Assembly: GCF_006345805.1 (NCBI RefSeq)
Contig: NC_043005.1
Span: forward strand, 74,710,001 to 74,774,000
Length of the DNA: 64,000 nucleotides
From: Octopus sinensis
Taxonomy: Eukaryota
Direction of reading: 5' to 3'
This document shows, one piece after another, positions 36,294 to 51,476 of this stretch (positions within the stretch are counted from its first letter, which is position 1; each line of letters starts with the position of its first letter). The translations under genes and the position numbers were made by a program. The notes under the pieces are model-generated. The model was not told where the DNA came from. It searched no databases and worked only from the letters and a program-made list of their open reading frames with translations.

Positions 36294-39088
36294 GTAAGAT
36301 ATTTTTTGTTTTCTGTCTAAAATAATAATACTATTTGCTGTTAATAACTTTTTTTCCTGTAATTATTAAGTGTTAATTATTTATTTACTGTTTATAATTT
36401 CTCAAGTAAATCAATTGAATAATTAATCAAAATTAATTGCTGGTAAGGACACCGTATTTCATTATGCAACAAAAATATATTCATCATCGTTTAACGTCCG
36501 CCTTCCATGATAGCATGGGTTGGACTATTTTGACTGAGGGCTGGCGAACCAGATGGCTGCACCAGGCTCCAATCTTGATCTGGCAGAGTTTCTACAGCTG
36601 GATGCCAGTCCTAACGCCAACCACTCTGAGAGTGTAGTGGGTGCTTTTTATGTGCTACCAGCACAGGACCAGTCAGATGATACTGGCAATGACCTCGCTC
36701 GAATCTTTTTACACATGCCACTGGCACACGTGCCAGTAAGGTGACGTTGGTAATGATCATGCTTGAATGGTGCCCTTTTACGTGCCACTGGCACGGAGCC
36801 AGTTAGCTGCTCTGGCAACGATCACACTCGGATGGTGCTCTTGGCACCATACTAGCATGGACACAAGTGCCAGTAAGGCGACGCTGGTAATGATCACACT
36901 CGAATGGTGCTCTTTTATGTGCCACTGGCATAGAAGCCGGTTAACTGCTCTGTCAACAATCACCCTCGTATGGTGCTGTTTTGGTGCTCTTTGCACCCCG
37001 CTAGCATGGATGCTAGTCCTCGAATTTGATTTTGGTTTCAAATTTTGGCACAAGGTCAGCAATTTCAAGGGAAGGGGCTAGTTGATTACATTGACCCCAG
37101 TACTTATTTTATCAACCCAAAAGGATGAAAGGCAAAATAGACCTCGGAATTTGAACTTAGAATGTAAAGATTAATGAAATGCCACTAAGCATTTTACCTG
37201 GTGTGCTAACAATTCTGCCTTGGTAGAATTATATGTCTTGCTGAGAACATAATGCTGTGACTTCTGTAGACTTGGTTTTGTATTATAGAGCCAGGGAGTA
37301 GTCACACTTGTGTTGCTTTAACCCTTTCAATTCCAGCCCAGCTGAAACCGCCTCTGGCTCTGTAGTACAAATGTCTTGTTTTTGTAAGTTCTGAATTAAA
37401 AGCTTCTACCAAACCTTAGTCCCAATTTATGTTCCTAACACTTAGCTTAATGATAACTAAGTTATTTTACTAAATTTTTTGTTATATTTTAAATAATTGA
37501 AAGAAACACAGAGCATATCAAAATAAATATGGTAACGAAAGGGTTAAACTCATCACAGGTCTCAGAATCTCGTGTGTTTGTGTGTGTGTGTGTCTATATA
37601 TATGTTTAATTGAAAGAAACACAGAGCATCTCAGCAGAAATACAGTAACATAATGTAACTTCTATTATTTGAAGCCTGCTAAGTCCAGGCTAATCTTGGA
37701 TTAAACAACAACTACTGTAGAGGAATGAAGGTAGACACTGGAACCAGAAGTGAGGGAAAGTGATGTCACTTCAAGAGAGGGGAAATTAAAACTGTCCAGC
37801 TTTGTTTCATAGGAATCAGCAGAACTCAGTGGTTGTACTTTCACTTGTGTACTACCTCAACCTCTGACCAGAAAACTACTCTCCCTAAATGTGCCCCACC
37901 TCTTGACACGAATGTCACTTCCCCTTGTTTCTGGTTCCAATCTCCCTTCATTCCTCCACAACAACAATAACAGTATATACTTAATGAAGATGATTATTTA
38001 TACTGAAAATTATATTTTTCATTTGGTTTTGAAAGAATATTGCTTTTTATGAGACTATTTTCCTCCATGTAAATGAAGGGAGCTCTAGGATTTTGATTGT
38101 GTAACATTTTAAAATCGAATTACATTTTACTCCTTATCTATAATCTGGAGCAAAAAAAGGAAAGGGAAAAAAACAAAGGCATTTAATTCTAATTCTGTTT
38201 GGAAAAGACACTTGCCCAAAGTTCCACACATTGGAACTGAACCTGGAACCATGTGTTTCAGAAGCAAACATCTTAACACACAGCCATGCCTGTACCTGAT
38301 TTATTTATTTCAATGATAATGTTTATGGAAGCTCCAATACAAACATGTTGGCTTTACTTTAAGATGTTTTCTTTTTGACTTATGGATTCAAACCCCACTA
38401 CTTTGAAATTAATAAATTCCATTATATTGTTTGCTCTATTCAATCAACTGTCATGCTTGTTCCTTAAAAAATGGCCTTGTCCATAGTCCAAAAAATTCAA
38501 TATTTTTATAGTACAAATTAATAATTTTTCATTGTAATACTTACCATCTGATAAAAACTTTGACTGGTGGTGATGGCGGTTGATTTATCTCTTGCTAACA
38601 GGAGATAACGAAGAGTGCTTATATGCACTACAAGTCTAAGTGAGAGGTTCTCTCATGGTAACTATTGCGGTATTCTGAGTTCTAACACAACATCCACTTT
38701 TCAGTGGGGATAAATATTACCCTTTGGTATTTATACTGCTTCTGTTGCTATTAATTATTTTATAGGTAGAGGGGCTCTAAAAGGGGTCTCAAGGAGTAGC
38801 ATCCCTGCCTTCCTGAGCTAGTTTTCCACCACATTTCTTAAAAATTGAGGTAGAGGCCTTGTTCTCGGGACCACTCATGTCTAGAAACTGAGGTTGTGGG
38901 TAAGCATGGGCATGCTTCCTGTAGAAAATCCAGCTCCAAAAAAGCCTCATGGTAGCAAAGGAGAATGAGCACCAGCCAGCCCAAAGGTTGGGGTGGGCTG
39001 CACCTGGCTACCTTGGTTGCTATGGCATTGAGGTAGATTCTGCCATCCCCTTTAATGGGGACAAAACCCAGATTTAAAACACTGGATA

Positions 39089-39123
<35 letters not shown>

Positions 39124-39334
39124 AGCATACATATTCAGGGAAAAGTGATCATCAGGGATAAAATTAACTTCACATATAGGCAGGGCTAGATTAAGAGCCA
39201 TATGGGCCCTAAGCACTTAAAAGATTTTGGTGCCCCCTGGAACTAGAACCCCCATTGTTGTAACTGAGGGAGAGAGCCAGAAAGATATGATTTAACTGAT
39301 GGAATTTATTAGCTTTTGTAATTTTTTTTTACAG

Positions 39335-39483
39335 CTATTGTTGAAGGCCGAGGTCTAGCAAAAGGAGAAATTGGAATGGCTAGTATTGATCTGAAATGCC
39401 CAGTGTTAGTACTGTCCCAGTTTTCAGATAGCCAAACCTATGTAAAAGTCATGACTAAACTTCAGATCCTTCAACCAATTGAG
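39335..39483 (+). CDS. MSH4: MSH4 exon ([50 protein letters not shown]), MutS connector domain
   Basis: Strong match to the MSH4 signature [18 protein letters not shown]; canonical splice sites. Confidence 0.97.
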
Positions 39484-40028
39484 GTAAGCTGAGTTACCTT
39501 TTGTTATTTTTTATATCTTTTACTTGTTTCAGTCATAGGACTGTGACCATGAATGGTGTAGTTGAGCAAATTGACCCCAGCACTTATTTTTTAAAGTTTG
39601 GTACTTATTCTGTTGGTTTCTTTTGTTGAACTGCTAAATTATGGGGATGTAAACACACCAACACCAGTTATCAAGTTGTTGTGGGGGTGACAAGCACATA
39701 TACAAAGACATTTACACACACACACACACATTTATAAATAAATGTGCATCTGAACAATCTTAGAATGCCACAGAATTCCTTAATTTGGCAAGATTTTCAG
39801 GAATTAAACATTTCTGTAATAGGGGTTATACTTGCTGTTTGTACGATGTTGAATGTTGTTGCTTAGAAATTTACTCAAGAAAAATCAAATATTATGCAAC
39901 ATGAAATTTTATAAAGTTTTTACTCAAAATTATTTGCATATAATATAAATATATGAATTTTTTTCCCCCATAATATTGCATTGCATCACTTTTCTATTAA
40001 TATTTATTTGATCATTTGTTGATATCAG

Positions 40029-40152
40029 ATTGTGATACCAAGTACTGCTTGTGAAAATGGAAACATGTCTAAGCTTTTTCAAGTCATATCTAATAATTTC
40101 TCAAACTGTTGTATCTCAACAGTTCAAAGGAAATACTTCAATGAATCCAAAG
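40029..40152 (+). CDS. MSH4: MSH4 exon (IVIPSTACENGNMSKLF…VQRKYFNESK)
   Basis: Matches MSH4 …TIQRKYFNETKG; AG/GT; phase consistent. Confidence 0.95.
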
Positions 40153-42005
40153 GTAAATGTTTATAAAATATCCTCAGAAAATTTTGTTTATGATTGCAAA
40201 ATGAAAGTTTAACTATTCTCTTATAATTGCTCCTGTAAACTATTTTGAGCAAGAAACCTCTTCTCTCATGTGTGTGTGTATCCCCAGTCTACCATCTACC
40301 CATCCAGTTCCACATCTATTCCTCTGTCCACCCACCCACCCGCCCATCCAACTAACCGGCCAGCCAGCCAACCAACCAACTCAGTCTAGACCTGGTAGTT
40401 TGAGAAACATCAAGTAATTGAGTTATCATCATCATCGTTTAATGTCCGCTTTCTATGCTAGCATGGGTTGGACGATTTGACTGAGGACTGGCAAACCAGA
40501 TGGCTGCACCAGGCTCAAATTTTGATCTGACAGAGTTTCTACACCTGGATGCCCTCCCTAATGCCAACCACTCCGAGAGTGTAGTAGGTGCTTTTATGTG
40601 CCAGTCAGGTGGTACCGGCAACAGCCACACCCAAATGGTGTTTTATTTTTACGTGTCACCTGCACACCAGCACAAGTGCCAGTAAGGCGACGCTGGTAAC
40701 AATCATGCTCGAATGGTGCTTTTTATGTGCCACCGGCACAGACGCCAGTTAGCTGCTCTGGCAACGATCATGCTCGGATGGTGCTCTTAGTGCTCCACTA
40801 GCACAGATGCCAGTCATCGAATTAGGGATTCATTAGTGAGTGTTAAGTCCTATTGGCTTCCATATAGGTGAGTGCAAAGGGTGAGGGCACTACCCACCTT
40901 TTACTAAAGCATAAAAAAGTGTATAAAACAGCTTGTCTTCTAGGGACACCTACAGAAAAAATTAAACTTAGTGCTGCAAACTAACAAAACACTTGTCAAT
41001 TTTTAAAGTGTTGCTGCTGATTGTAGATAACTTAGATATATTTGGGCCAAAGACTGGCCCAAGCCCTGTCTAACTTAGTAGCAAAGTATTGTCTCTATTC
41101 AGCAGAGTCTATATACAAGTAAGTGGACTTAGGTGTTTGAGGGTTAAGTGTATGAGCTACAGATAACTTCTTAACTGGTTTTATGCTACCCTATTGATTC
41201 AGTGATCCAAAATAGTTGATATTGTTTTGAGGAATCAGCTTGATTCATTAAGTTCCCCAGTCTCTTAAGTATTTTTTAGTAATCTATAATCAATTGCACA
41301 AGATATTTAATGAAGAAACCTGGTCAGGCAGCAACCTGCTCTTGCTGTTACGCAGTAGTTATTTGAAGTTATTGATTTAGATACATATTGGCTTCAAGTT
41401 TTGGCACAAGGCCAGCAAGTTGTAAAAGAAAAAGATTTTGTTTTTGAAGGTATGTGGCTTAGTGGTTAGGGTATTCAGCTCATGATCATAAGGTGGTATG
41501 TTCGATTCCTGGTGGTGTGTTGTGTCCTTGAGCAAGACACTTTATTTCACATTGCTCTGGTCCACTCAGTTGGCAAAAATGAATTGGACCTGTTATTCAA
41601 ATGGCCAGCCTTGTTACATTCTGTGTCATGCTGAATCTACCTGAGAACTACACTAAGGATATGCATGTCTGTGGAGTGCTCAGCCACTTTCACATTAATT
41701 ACACAAAATGGCTGTTCCATTGATTGTCTCATCTGGAATCCTTGTCATCGTAATTGATGGAGCACCAGTCAGTTTTATGAAACTGGTCAAAATGTCAAAT
41801 TTATTAAAAGATAAACCAGTAAGTTGATAATTATTTTTTAAGTATTTACTTTCCTCTACCATATCCAAAGTTTTTATGAACCTTATATTCATATTCTGAT
41901 GATATGTAGGTGCTACAATAAGAAATGCCTTTTTAAATAATGATCCTATAACAATATAATTTCATTTAGAAAAACATTTATTTTAACAAAATATGTTTTC
42001 TTAAG

Positions 42006-42072
42006 GGCTCCAGTTTATCAGGCAACTCTGTTTACCTGACTACAGTTCAGTGGAGATGGAAGTGGCTTCAAA
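42006..42072 (+). CDS. MSH4: MSH4 exon (GLQFIRQLCLPDYSSVEMEVASK)
   Basis: Matches [23 protein letters not shown]; phases 1 and 2 fit the neighbours. Confidence 0.93.
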
Positions 42073-42187
42073 GTAAGACAATATTTCATATCATAAATGA
42101 CAACTTTTTACTGTTTGTTCTAAATTATAATATATATAAATAATCCTCTATTTATCTAATATTTAGGTCTCATTCTTTTGTTGTCAC

Positions 42188-42275
<88 letters not shown>

Positions 42276-43105
42276 TGTATGTGTGTATATGTTTGTGTGT
42301 CAGTGTTTGTCCCCCCACCATCGCTTGACAACCAATGTTGGTGTGTTTACATCTCCATAATTTAGTGGTTCAGCAAAAGAGACCGATGGAATAAGTACTA
42401 GGCTTACAAAACATAAGTCCTGGGGTTGATTGAAAAGAATAAATGAATATATATATATATATATATCTGTGTGTGTGTGTGTGTGTGTATTTGTGATTGT
42501 GTAAGTCCCTGCTCCAGTGCTTGACAACTAGTATTGGTTTATTTACATCCTTTGAGCTTATCAGATTCAGCAAAAGAGAATAAGTACTTGACTTAAAAGA
42601 AATGAGTGGGGTTGATTTTTTTTTTTTTTTGCTAAACCCTTCAAGGTGGAGTTCCAGTGTAGCTACATTCCAATGACTGAAACAAGCAAAAGATAAAAGA
42701 CATTTCTTTTATTTTTACTAACTGACATGGATAATTCAAATTCTGTATCTTAGCATAGGAACTCTTCCTTCAACATAAAGATGCCAACCCAACATTGTCT
42801 CCATCAAATGTGCTGCATTTGTGCCCTTCCTAAACCCGATTCTCCAATTCCCTTTGAAAACATTCAGACATGCACTGTTGCACCCACCCTTTCACTGTTA
42901 CATTCATCTTATCTATATCATCAACTCCTTGTCTGTTATGTGTTACCCTTGTCTCTCACCTAGATGTTCTCAAGATAAATGTTAATCCTTTTCCTATACA
43001 CTGTTCTTTGAAGTAAATTTTATCTTATTGCAAATGTTAATTTTGTTTTGATTAATTTTATGTTGCTTTATCATAAAAGTCTCAATGATCTTTCTCATTC
43101 ATTAG

Positions 43106-43227
43106 GTACTACTGCTTAGCCACTGCTTCTGCTTTGCTTAAGTATGTTGAATTCATCCAGAATATTGTTTATGCACCTTCTACCCTGAAAATTATTTTTA
43201 GAGGCTGTGAAAATACAACAATGATTG
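43106..43227 (+). CDS. MSH4: MSH4 exon ([40 protein letters not shown])
   Basis: Near-identical to MSH4 [23 protein letters not shown]. Confidence 0.97.
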
Positions 43228-43872
43228 GTTAGTGGCTTGATTTCCTATTATGAACTTTTTCATTAAAAAAAAACTTAATTATTTATCCGATTTTCTAAGC
43301 TCTCCTCACTGCCTTCCTGCTTTCACAAATTTCTTTATTTTCTGTAGATTACCAATGCAAGCAGTGCTTATATGTGTGTGTGTGTGTGCATGTGATATTT
43401 TTAGATGGAATAATTAAAGGTTAATTTCTTATGTATAAGCTTTAATTGAAAATTTAGCTGACAGATGAAAATTGTCCAGTAACAGCAGCTGGTGAGAATG
43501 TTAGATGAGCCTTTCTGCCCCTCTGCACATTGTCAATAGCATATACTTAAAAAAGCCACCTGCATACAATGATGAAATCTGTTATTGCTGATGTAGGAAA
43601 ACTATGTTTTCCTAGATATTATCTCTGGATAAATGCCATAGTAAACTTGCGTTTTTGCAATGTATTTACATTAGATATGATATGCAGAAAGCTATTTTTA
43701 TCTAATTCTGTTTCTGTTGCATGTAATCAGATATTTCAAAATATATTTTATTTTCCTTTTAGTCGGTTACATGTAGGAATGTACCAAGTTCATATTCTGT
43801 TTATTATTTATTATAAAATTTACAAAATATTAAATATTTTATAATTACACCCTTATATCCCTTGTATTACAG

Positions 43873-44016
43873 ATGTTACTACAGCAAAGAACTTAGAGCT
43901 TGTTCAAAATTTAAGGGATCCTAAAAGCAGTCACTCATTATTTGGTATACTCAACTATTGCAAAACTCCTGGTGGAGTCCGATTGCTTCGAGCTAATATT
44001 CTTCAACCACCTTCAG
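43873..44016 (+). CDS. MSH4: MSH4 exon (DVTTAKNLELVQN…SLFGILNYCKTPGGVRLLRANILQPPS)
   Basis: MutS core motif NLEL…LF..LN..KTPGG.R.LR..ILQP. Confidence 0.97.
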
Positions 44017-46345
44017 GTTTATAAATGATATTTTTCTATATGTACATTTGAAGATAGTTTGTTGAATTAGGTTATTGCCTTGCTAAAAGAGGAAAAAATA
44101 AAAGCAGATCATCATCATCATCATCATCACCACTACCAGCAACCACAGCAGCAGTGGAGGCGCAATGGCCTAGTGGTTAGGGCAGCGGACTTGCGGTCAG
44201 AGGATCGTGGTTTCAATCCCCAGACTGGGCGTTGTGTGTGTTTATTGAGCGAATACACCTAAAGCTCCACGAGGCTTCAGCAGGGGGTGGTGGCAACCCC
44301 CGTTGTACTCTTTCGCTCCAACTTTCTCTCACTCTTTCTTCCTGTTTCTTGTCCCCGACTTCCTATGCAACCACTGAGCCTGGATTCACATTCATCCATC
44401 TGTCGATGCTCTCAGTGTCAGGGGGTGACCTTTTCTTCTGCAGGTCTTACGAATAGCAAAGGACCACGTTTCGGACTTCTCTCACTACAGAAGATCACTT
44501 CGCTCAACATCAACATCAGCAGCAGCAGCATTTAATGTCCATCTTCCATGCTGTCATGGGTTGGACAATCTCACAGGAGTTGGCAAACCAGAGGACTTCC
44601 CCAAGCTCCACTGTCTGTTTTGGCATGTTATTTTTTAATGGTTGGATGCCCTTCCAAATGCCAAGCACTTTACAGAGTGGATGCCTCTTTCATGGCACCA
44701 CTACTAGTGAGGTTATAACAAAAATCCTTTTTAGAGGTAATATTGGAGGAGGTGGTTTTGTGCCAGGGGATAGTTTTTGTTTAAACCCAGGTTAACCCTT
44801 ATGATCTAAAGATGTTTCAGACAGTACATGTAAAATTATATATCCAATTTGCTCTTACTTTTTTTCTCAAGATAAGGTATAACTTGAAGAAGATTTTACC
44901 ACTTTTTATAGTAGGCCAAGTGGTTAAGTAGGAAGAAAATGATTTATGAGAACATAAAGAGAGATCATTAAGCAAATATTCTTCAGGAATCTTAAAATGC
45001 TTGGCATTTTAATATTTAATTAAGGATTTTGCTGATATTTTTCTGTGAAGCAGGGAATCGTTTTGAAAGTTCAGCCTCATCTGGTGTTGGGGAATGGTAA
45101 AGCCATCTAGAAATTTCTCTTATAATATATACATGTCACTCAAGCACACAAGTAAACTTTTATATGGCTTCTTGTCTTACTAGAAATAGCAACCAAATCT
45201 CATATAAATTACACCCATCAGTTTTATAATATCAATTGAATAATATAGTTCTCCTTATCTTAAGATGAAATTATCATGGCTAGAATGTACTTCATACATA
45301 GAATATATGGCCACCACCAATTAAAATAGAATACAACAAAAGACAGGTCATTCTGGTTACCATGTGGAAGTCATAGGTGATATTCCACAGGAAACTAACC
45401 ATTGTTGGATCTACGAAGACTACTGAAGAGACAGCAGTTTGCTAAAAATAGTTGCCAAATTCCCCTCAAACCACACTTTACTATCTTAAAAAAGGAAGGA
45501 GAAATATTGGATAATGCAGCCCTGGAATGCTTTGAGCATAGGTAGAGAAAATGTGTATTGTTGTTATGGTTACTGCAAAATCTATTTGTCACATATAACA
45601 TTTGAGAAAAGATTTATCAATTTTCCCTCTTGTCCTTTGTTTCATGAATATTTTTGGCACGTAAAAAGCACCAACCATTCATGGCCATTGCCAGCCTACC
45701 CTGGAACCTGTGCTGGTGGCACGTAAAATGCACCATCCGTATGTGGCCGATGCCAGCACCTCCTTGACTGGCATCCGTGTCGGTGGCACATAAAAACCAC
45801 CAACCAATTGTGGTCGTTCCCAGCCTCCCCTGGCAGCTGTGCCAGTGGCACATAAAAAGCACCCACTCCACTCATGGAGTGGTTGCTGTTAGGGAGGGAA
45901 TCCAGCTATAGAAGCACTGCCAGATCAGACTGGAGCCTGGTGCAGCCTCCTGGCTTCCCAGACCCTGGTCGAACCGTCCAACTCATGCTAGCATGGAAAA
46001 CGGATGTTAAACAATGATGATGATGATGATGAAGTCTATTTTCATTTGAAGGTAAAAATAACCATTTCAAATTTTGGCACAAGGGAACATTTCTCAGTGG
46101 GAAGGGGAAAATCAATTGCATCAACCCCAGGGCTCAATTAGTACTTATTGAGCCTGAGAGGGTGAAAGGCAAAATCAACCTTGGTGAAATTTAAACCCAG
46201 AATGTAATGAGTGGAAGAAATTCTGCTAAGCATTTTGTCCAACATCCTAATGGTTCTATCAGTTCACTGCCTTAATTTGAAGATAAAATACCATATGCTT
46301 TCCTATTATCTAGTTTCTTATTCATGTACTCATTTTTATTTACAG

Positions 46346-46617
46346 ATATAGAAACTATTACTTTACGTCAAGATGTGGTCTCAGAACTAACTGACAATGA
46401 GGACCTCTTTTTTAATTTGCAATCTATATTAAAAAGGTTCTTGGATGTTGATCACCTGCTGTCTTTGTGTGTACAAATGCCAAAACAAGAGACAATAAGA
46501 ACAGCAGAAAGTAAGATTACAAACATCATTTATCTAAAGCATATCTTAGAAATGCTACCAGCATTACAAGATGCCCTGAAGAAATCAGATAATACTTTAC
46601 TGGTTGCATATTCAAAG
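46346..46617 (+). CDS. MSH4: MSH4 exon (DIETITLRQDVVSEL…AESKITNIIYLKH…VAYSK)
   Basis: Lies within ORF 46324-46653; matches MSH4 lever/core region. Confidence 0.97.
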
Positions 46618-49600
46618 GTGAGAAATTTTTTCTCTATAGGTCAACAGCTTTGAGGGGAGGAGTAAATTGATTACATCGACTCCAGTACTTGGCTGGTCCT
46701 TATTTCATTGACTCTCATGGGAATGAAATACAAAGTTAATTTTGACAAAATTTGAATGTAAAGAGCCAAAACAAATACTGCCAAGTATTTTGTCTGACAT
46801 GCTAATGATTCTACCAGCTCTGTTAATTAAGCGTCTATACTATAATGGAGAGAGCTGTTTATTAATTAGGTATGTAACAGTTACTAAAAGTATTAAAAGA
46901 AAGCAAGTATTAAAGGGTTGACTGTCTGGAAATATTTTTATAAATTCATGTTCTAAGAAGTTTCCTATAATTTCAATTCCTCAAGTTTATTGAATTTTTT
47001 AACTCCAATTTCTTGCAAATTTAAACATTCATTGCATGTAAAAACATTATTTATTGACTGCCACTTGACATGACTGATGATGCACTGGGGGCAGGTGGGA
47101 GGAAATTTTTGAGAGGAGCATTGACAAATTGGAACTAGCAAAGCTAAGATATCAAAATTTACAAACAACATCTCAAAGTTTTAAAGAGTTACTGTAGTCT
47201 ATCTAGAAACACCCCATTGTATCCACAATAAAAGAATTTATCTATGGAAAATTACATCTTAATTAAAATATAAACATCTATAAACATCTCAAAGTTTTAG
47301 CAAACATAGAAAGTAAATAGAAAAGGCTTACATATTTTGGGGGAGAGCTGTTAAATGGCTATCCTATCATGTGAATGATTGCAGCAGCACTGAAAACCCA
47401 TTGGAAGAGGGCAGGGTAAGGCAGCAACCTGGCAGAATCATCAGCATGCTGGATGAAATGCTTATCAGTATTTTGCTTGTCACTACATTCTGAGTTCAAA
47501 TTCTGCTGAGGTTGACTTTGCCTTTCATCCTTTCAGAGTCGATAAATTAAGTACCAGTGAAACACTGAGGCCTTGTGCCTATAGTAGAAAGGATTATCAT
47601 ATTAAAACAAAATTTGCTGCATAATTATACAACAATTACTACAATATTGTGGTTGCACAATATCCATTAAAAAGAGAAAATTTTCTGCTTTGACAATTGT
47701 CCTTTGCAATTTAAAGAAATCTTGAGCAAGTTGAGAGAATTATGGCACAATGCTACAATTCTTAAGGTGGTCTATGGACAATTAAGTTGACTCCTATCAC
47801 TGACTGGTACTTTCTTTATGAACTTATGAAAGATGAAGTTGACCTAAGCACAATTTGAACTCTACCAATTCTATTAATGTCCCCTTCTTCAAGAAGGTAA
47901 TACTAAAAAAAGTAGACCACACAATATCCTCACCTTTTGTTATACTGAATAAGTAGAAAGTGGATTATTTTGTAAACTAACACACCAAACACAATCTGCA
48001 AATTGATATTTAAAAAGTTGTAATGATTTAGTTTGTTATATAGTTTTACTATTCATTAGCATTTCAAATTTTATACAACCAAGAAGCATGAAATTTATGT
48101 TAATTGAATCATTAACAGTTGTCTGAGGTTTGTTTCCAAAAGGATATTTAATTTATCTAAATCACTTTATTACTCTTATTTAAATCTTTGTCTTTACAGT
48201 TCATTAATTATCAATATCAGTATTTTAAAGTTACAGTGGAAGCTGTATATTTTAGTCATAGATAATGTTATTAAATGGTTATAGTTATCAAGATTAATGT
48301 GTTCTAACCAGAGTAAGAATATTTATTGTTAGCCACCAGTTATTGTTTTCTTAAAGAGACTGTCTTAAAGTTATCTAGACAATCCAGTGTATATGAATTT
48401 ATTTGACTGTATTATCCATTGTGGCAAATTTTATCTTGTAATTTTAAATTTTAAAATAAACATTTTCTCTTCAATTGCATGAGATTTTTTCCACATGAAA
48501 TTTTGATTTTTCAAAAGATATTTTTATCCTTTATCTTTTACTTCTTTGAGTCATTGGACTGAGGCCATACTGGAGCACCACTTTGAAAGATTTTAGTCAA
48601 ACAAATCAAACCCAGGGCTTAATTTTAAGTTTGTTACATATTCTGTTGGTCTCTTTTGCCAAACCACTAAGTTGAGATAAACAAATCAACTTCAGTCGTC
48701 AAGTGGTTGGGGGGGACAGTTACAAACCCAAAGACACACTCACACACACATATATAGAAATGTGTGTGTGTGTATGTGTATCATCATCATCATCATTTGA
48801 TGTCCATTTTACATGCTGGCATGGGTTGGGTGGTTTGATCAGAGCTAGCAATCCAGAGAGCTATACTAGGTTCCACTTTGATATGGCTTGGTTTCTATGG
48901 CTGCATGCCCTTCCTAAAGCCAGCCACTTTACAGTGTGTGCTAGGTACTTTTTAACACAGCACTAGTATGAGTGCTTTTATGTATGTGTGTATGTGTGAG
49001 TGTGTGTGTATGCGAAACAGGCTTCTTTCAATTTCCATCTACCAAATCCATTTACAAGACTTTGGTTAGCTCAGAGTTATTTATTTCCCTGTTAATTTTA
49101 CATTAAGTCAGTTCATGGTTTACTCATAAAATGATTGTAGACATGTTAAGAGGTATTAAAAATTCTAAAGAAAATAAACTGAGACTGTAATATATAGCCA
49201 TGACTAAAATTTGACTACTTGATATAAACAATGATTCATGTCAGAATATAGCAAAGAATGTCATGTCTTAAATTAATCTTACTAATCAGTCATTGGTTTT
49301 TTTCGTTTAAGTAAAATAGTTTTGGTATTTTAGTTCTTTAAAGTAATTTCTTGCAAGTTATCTTTAAGATAAATCTTCATACTTTGCCTTGTAGAATTTG
49401 TTTCCAATATTTCAGCATGAAAGTTAACTTGATATTTAGGATAGCAATGAGGTGGCAAGATAGCAGAATCTTTAGCATACCATGCAAGATGTTTAGAAGC
49501 ATTTTGTCTGTCTTTGTGTTCTGAGTTCAAATTCTGCTGAGGTCAGTTTTGCCTTTTATCCTTTTTAGGGGGGGGGGGCGATAAAATAAGTACCAGTTGT

Positions 49601-50377
49601 GTATTGGAGTTGATGTAATAGGCAGCAAACTGACATAATTGTTAGCACGTCAGGCGAAATGCATAGCGGTATTTCATCTGTCTTTATGTTTTGAGTTCAA
49701 ATTCCGCCAAGGTCGACTTTACCTTTCATCCTTTCGGGGTTGATAAATTAAGTATAGGGCGGCGAGCTAGCAGAATCGTTAGCACGCTGGATGAAGTGCT
49801 TAGCGGTATTTCAGCCATTACTACATTCTGAGATCAAATTCCGTCGAGGTCAACTTTGCCTTTCATCCTTTCGGGGTCGGTAAAATAAGTACCAGTGAAA
49901 CACTGGGGCTGCTGTAATTGACTGGTCCCCTCCCCAAAAATTTCAGGCCTTGTGCCTATAGCAGAAAGGGATTGATGTAATTGACTCAGCTGCTTCCTCA
50001 AACTTGCTGGTCTTGTGCCAAAATTAAAAATTGATATTTAGGATAGCTGTAATTGGCTCTTCATTGTAATTAGTGAGGTTCTGCAAATATTATGTGAGTG
50101 GTTATCTTATACTTGTTTCAGTTGTTAGACTGTGGCCATGCTGGTGCACTGCCTTGAAGGATTTACTCAAGCAAATTGACCCCTGTTCATATTTTTAAGT
50201 CTTGTACTTGTTCTGTCTGTATCTTTTGCAGAACTGCTGAGTTCTGGTAGCATAAACAAACCACAATTGTCATAGTGAGGGACAAACACAAACTCAAAGA
50301 CACAAATACACACACACACTCTCTCTCTCTCTCTCTCACACACACATACACACCATCATATCATTATCATCACCACC

Positions 50378-50409
<32 letters not shown>

Positions 50410-50430
50410 ATCATCATGGTATATATATAT

Positions 50431-50557
50431 ATATTCTGTTGTGTCTGGGGAGAGTCATTTTCTTTTTGTGCCTTATAATGTAACACACTCACTGAGTGAG
50501 TGTGTTAAATCATAAGGCACAAAAAGAAAATGACTCTCCCCAGACACAACAGAATAT
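50431..50557. repeat. Near-perfect 127-bp hairpin (46-bp and 13-bp perfect stems, 4x4 internal loop, 1-nt apex)
   Basis: Symmetric about 50494. Confidence 0.9.
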
Positions 50558-51442
50558 GCTTAAACACACAAACTCATATAAAGAATCTTGCAAACCAAAT
50601 CCAAAAACGAAATATAGATATATATGTCTATATCATTCAACAATGGTAGTAGTTGAATAATATTCTTAAGACCGCAATTTACTCACATGCAACATCTTTC
50701 AGACTTTGTTGCTAATTCAGTTCTTAACCAAACTGAAAACTGTTAGCAAATTTTGAAGAGGACTGGTCCTAGCTACATTTTGGCATTTAAAAAATTGAGA
50801 TTTTGTCCAGTAGAAAAAAGTTTAGATTAAAATTTGTAGCTACCAATCAAGTTTAGATTGAAATAATTTTCTCGTTTTAAAATCAAAATATATTTATCTT
50901 AGCTTTAATGATAGAAGGAAGCATGAGGAATTTCATTGTTTTCATCCCATGCAACAAAAATTTGTATCAAAAATGTTGTGAGGTAAAATATCATTAAAAA
51001 AAATACAAGTAAGGCTTGTATTGGATTTAAGAATAATTAACTTTTTTATTTTAAATATAAACTATAGTTTAATTAAGCTTAAATGATAGAACTCAATTCG
51101 AGGAATTTCATGGTATCAATCACAGGCAATGAAATTCTAAAAGAAAAAAGTTATGAGTGTTTGTTTCTTTAATTTGAGGGTGATAATATAGTTCTATACA
51201 TTTTTATGGATATAGTTCTATAAGGGGACTTTTAATATTTATGTCACCGGTATCATTGAGGTAAGGAAAAAATTATCAATGACACTGTTAATTTTTAAAA
51301 TATTAATTAGAAATTTTCTTGTTCTGTACTTTACCAGATGTAATAAGTTGTCCTGAACTTTTCCAAGTGTAATAACTTGTCCTGTAATTCTCCAGGTTTA
51401 TAATCTTAAGAATATGATTTCTCTTGCTCACATTTTTCCATG

Positions 51443-51476
<34 letters not shown>

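Noticed and set aside
39515-42700. Inverted SINE pair flanking exons 40029 and 42006 as a circRNA driver
   Set aside because: Inverted SINE pairs are expected everywhere at this density; nothing specific supports it.
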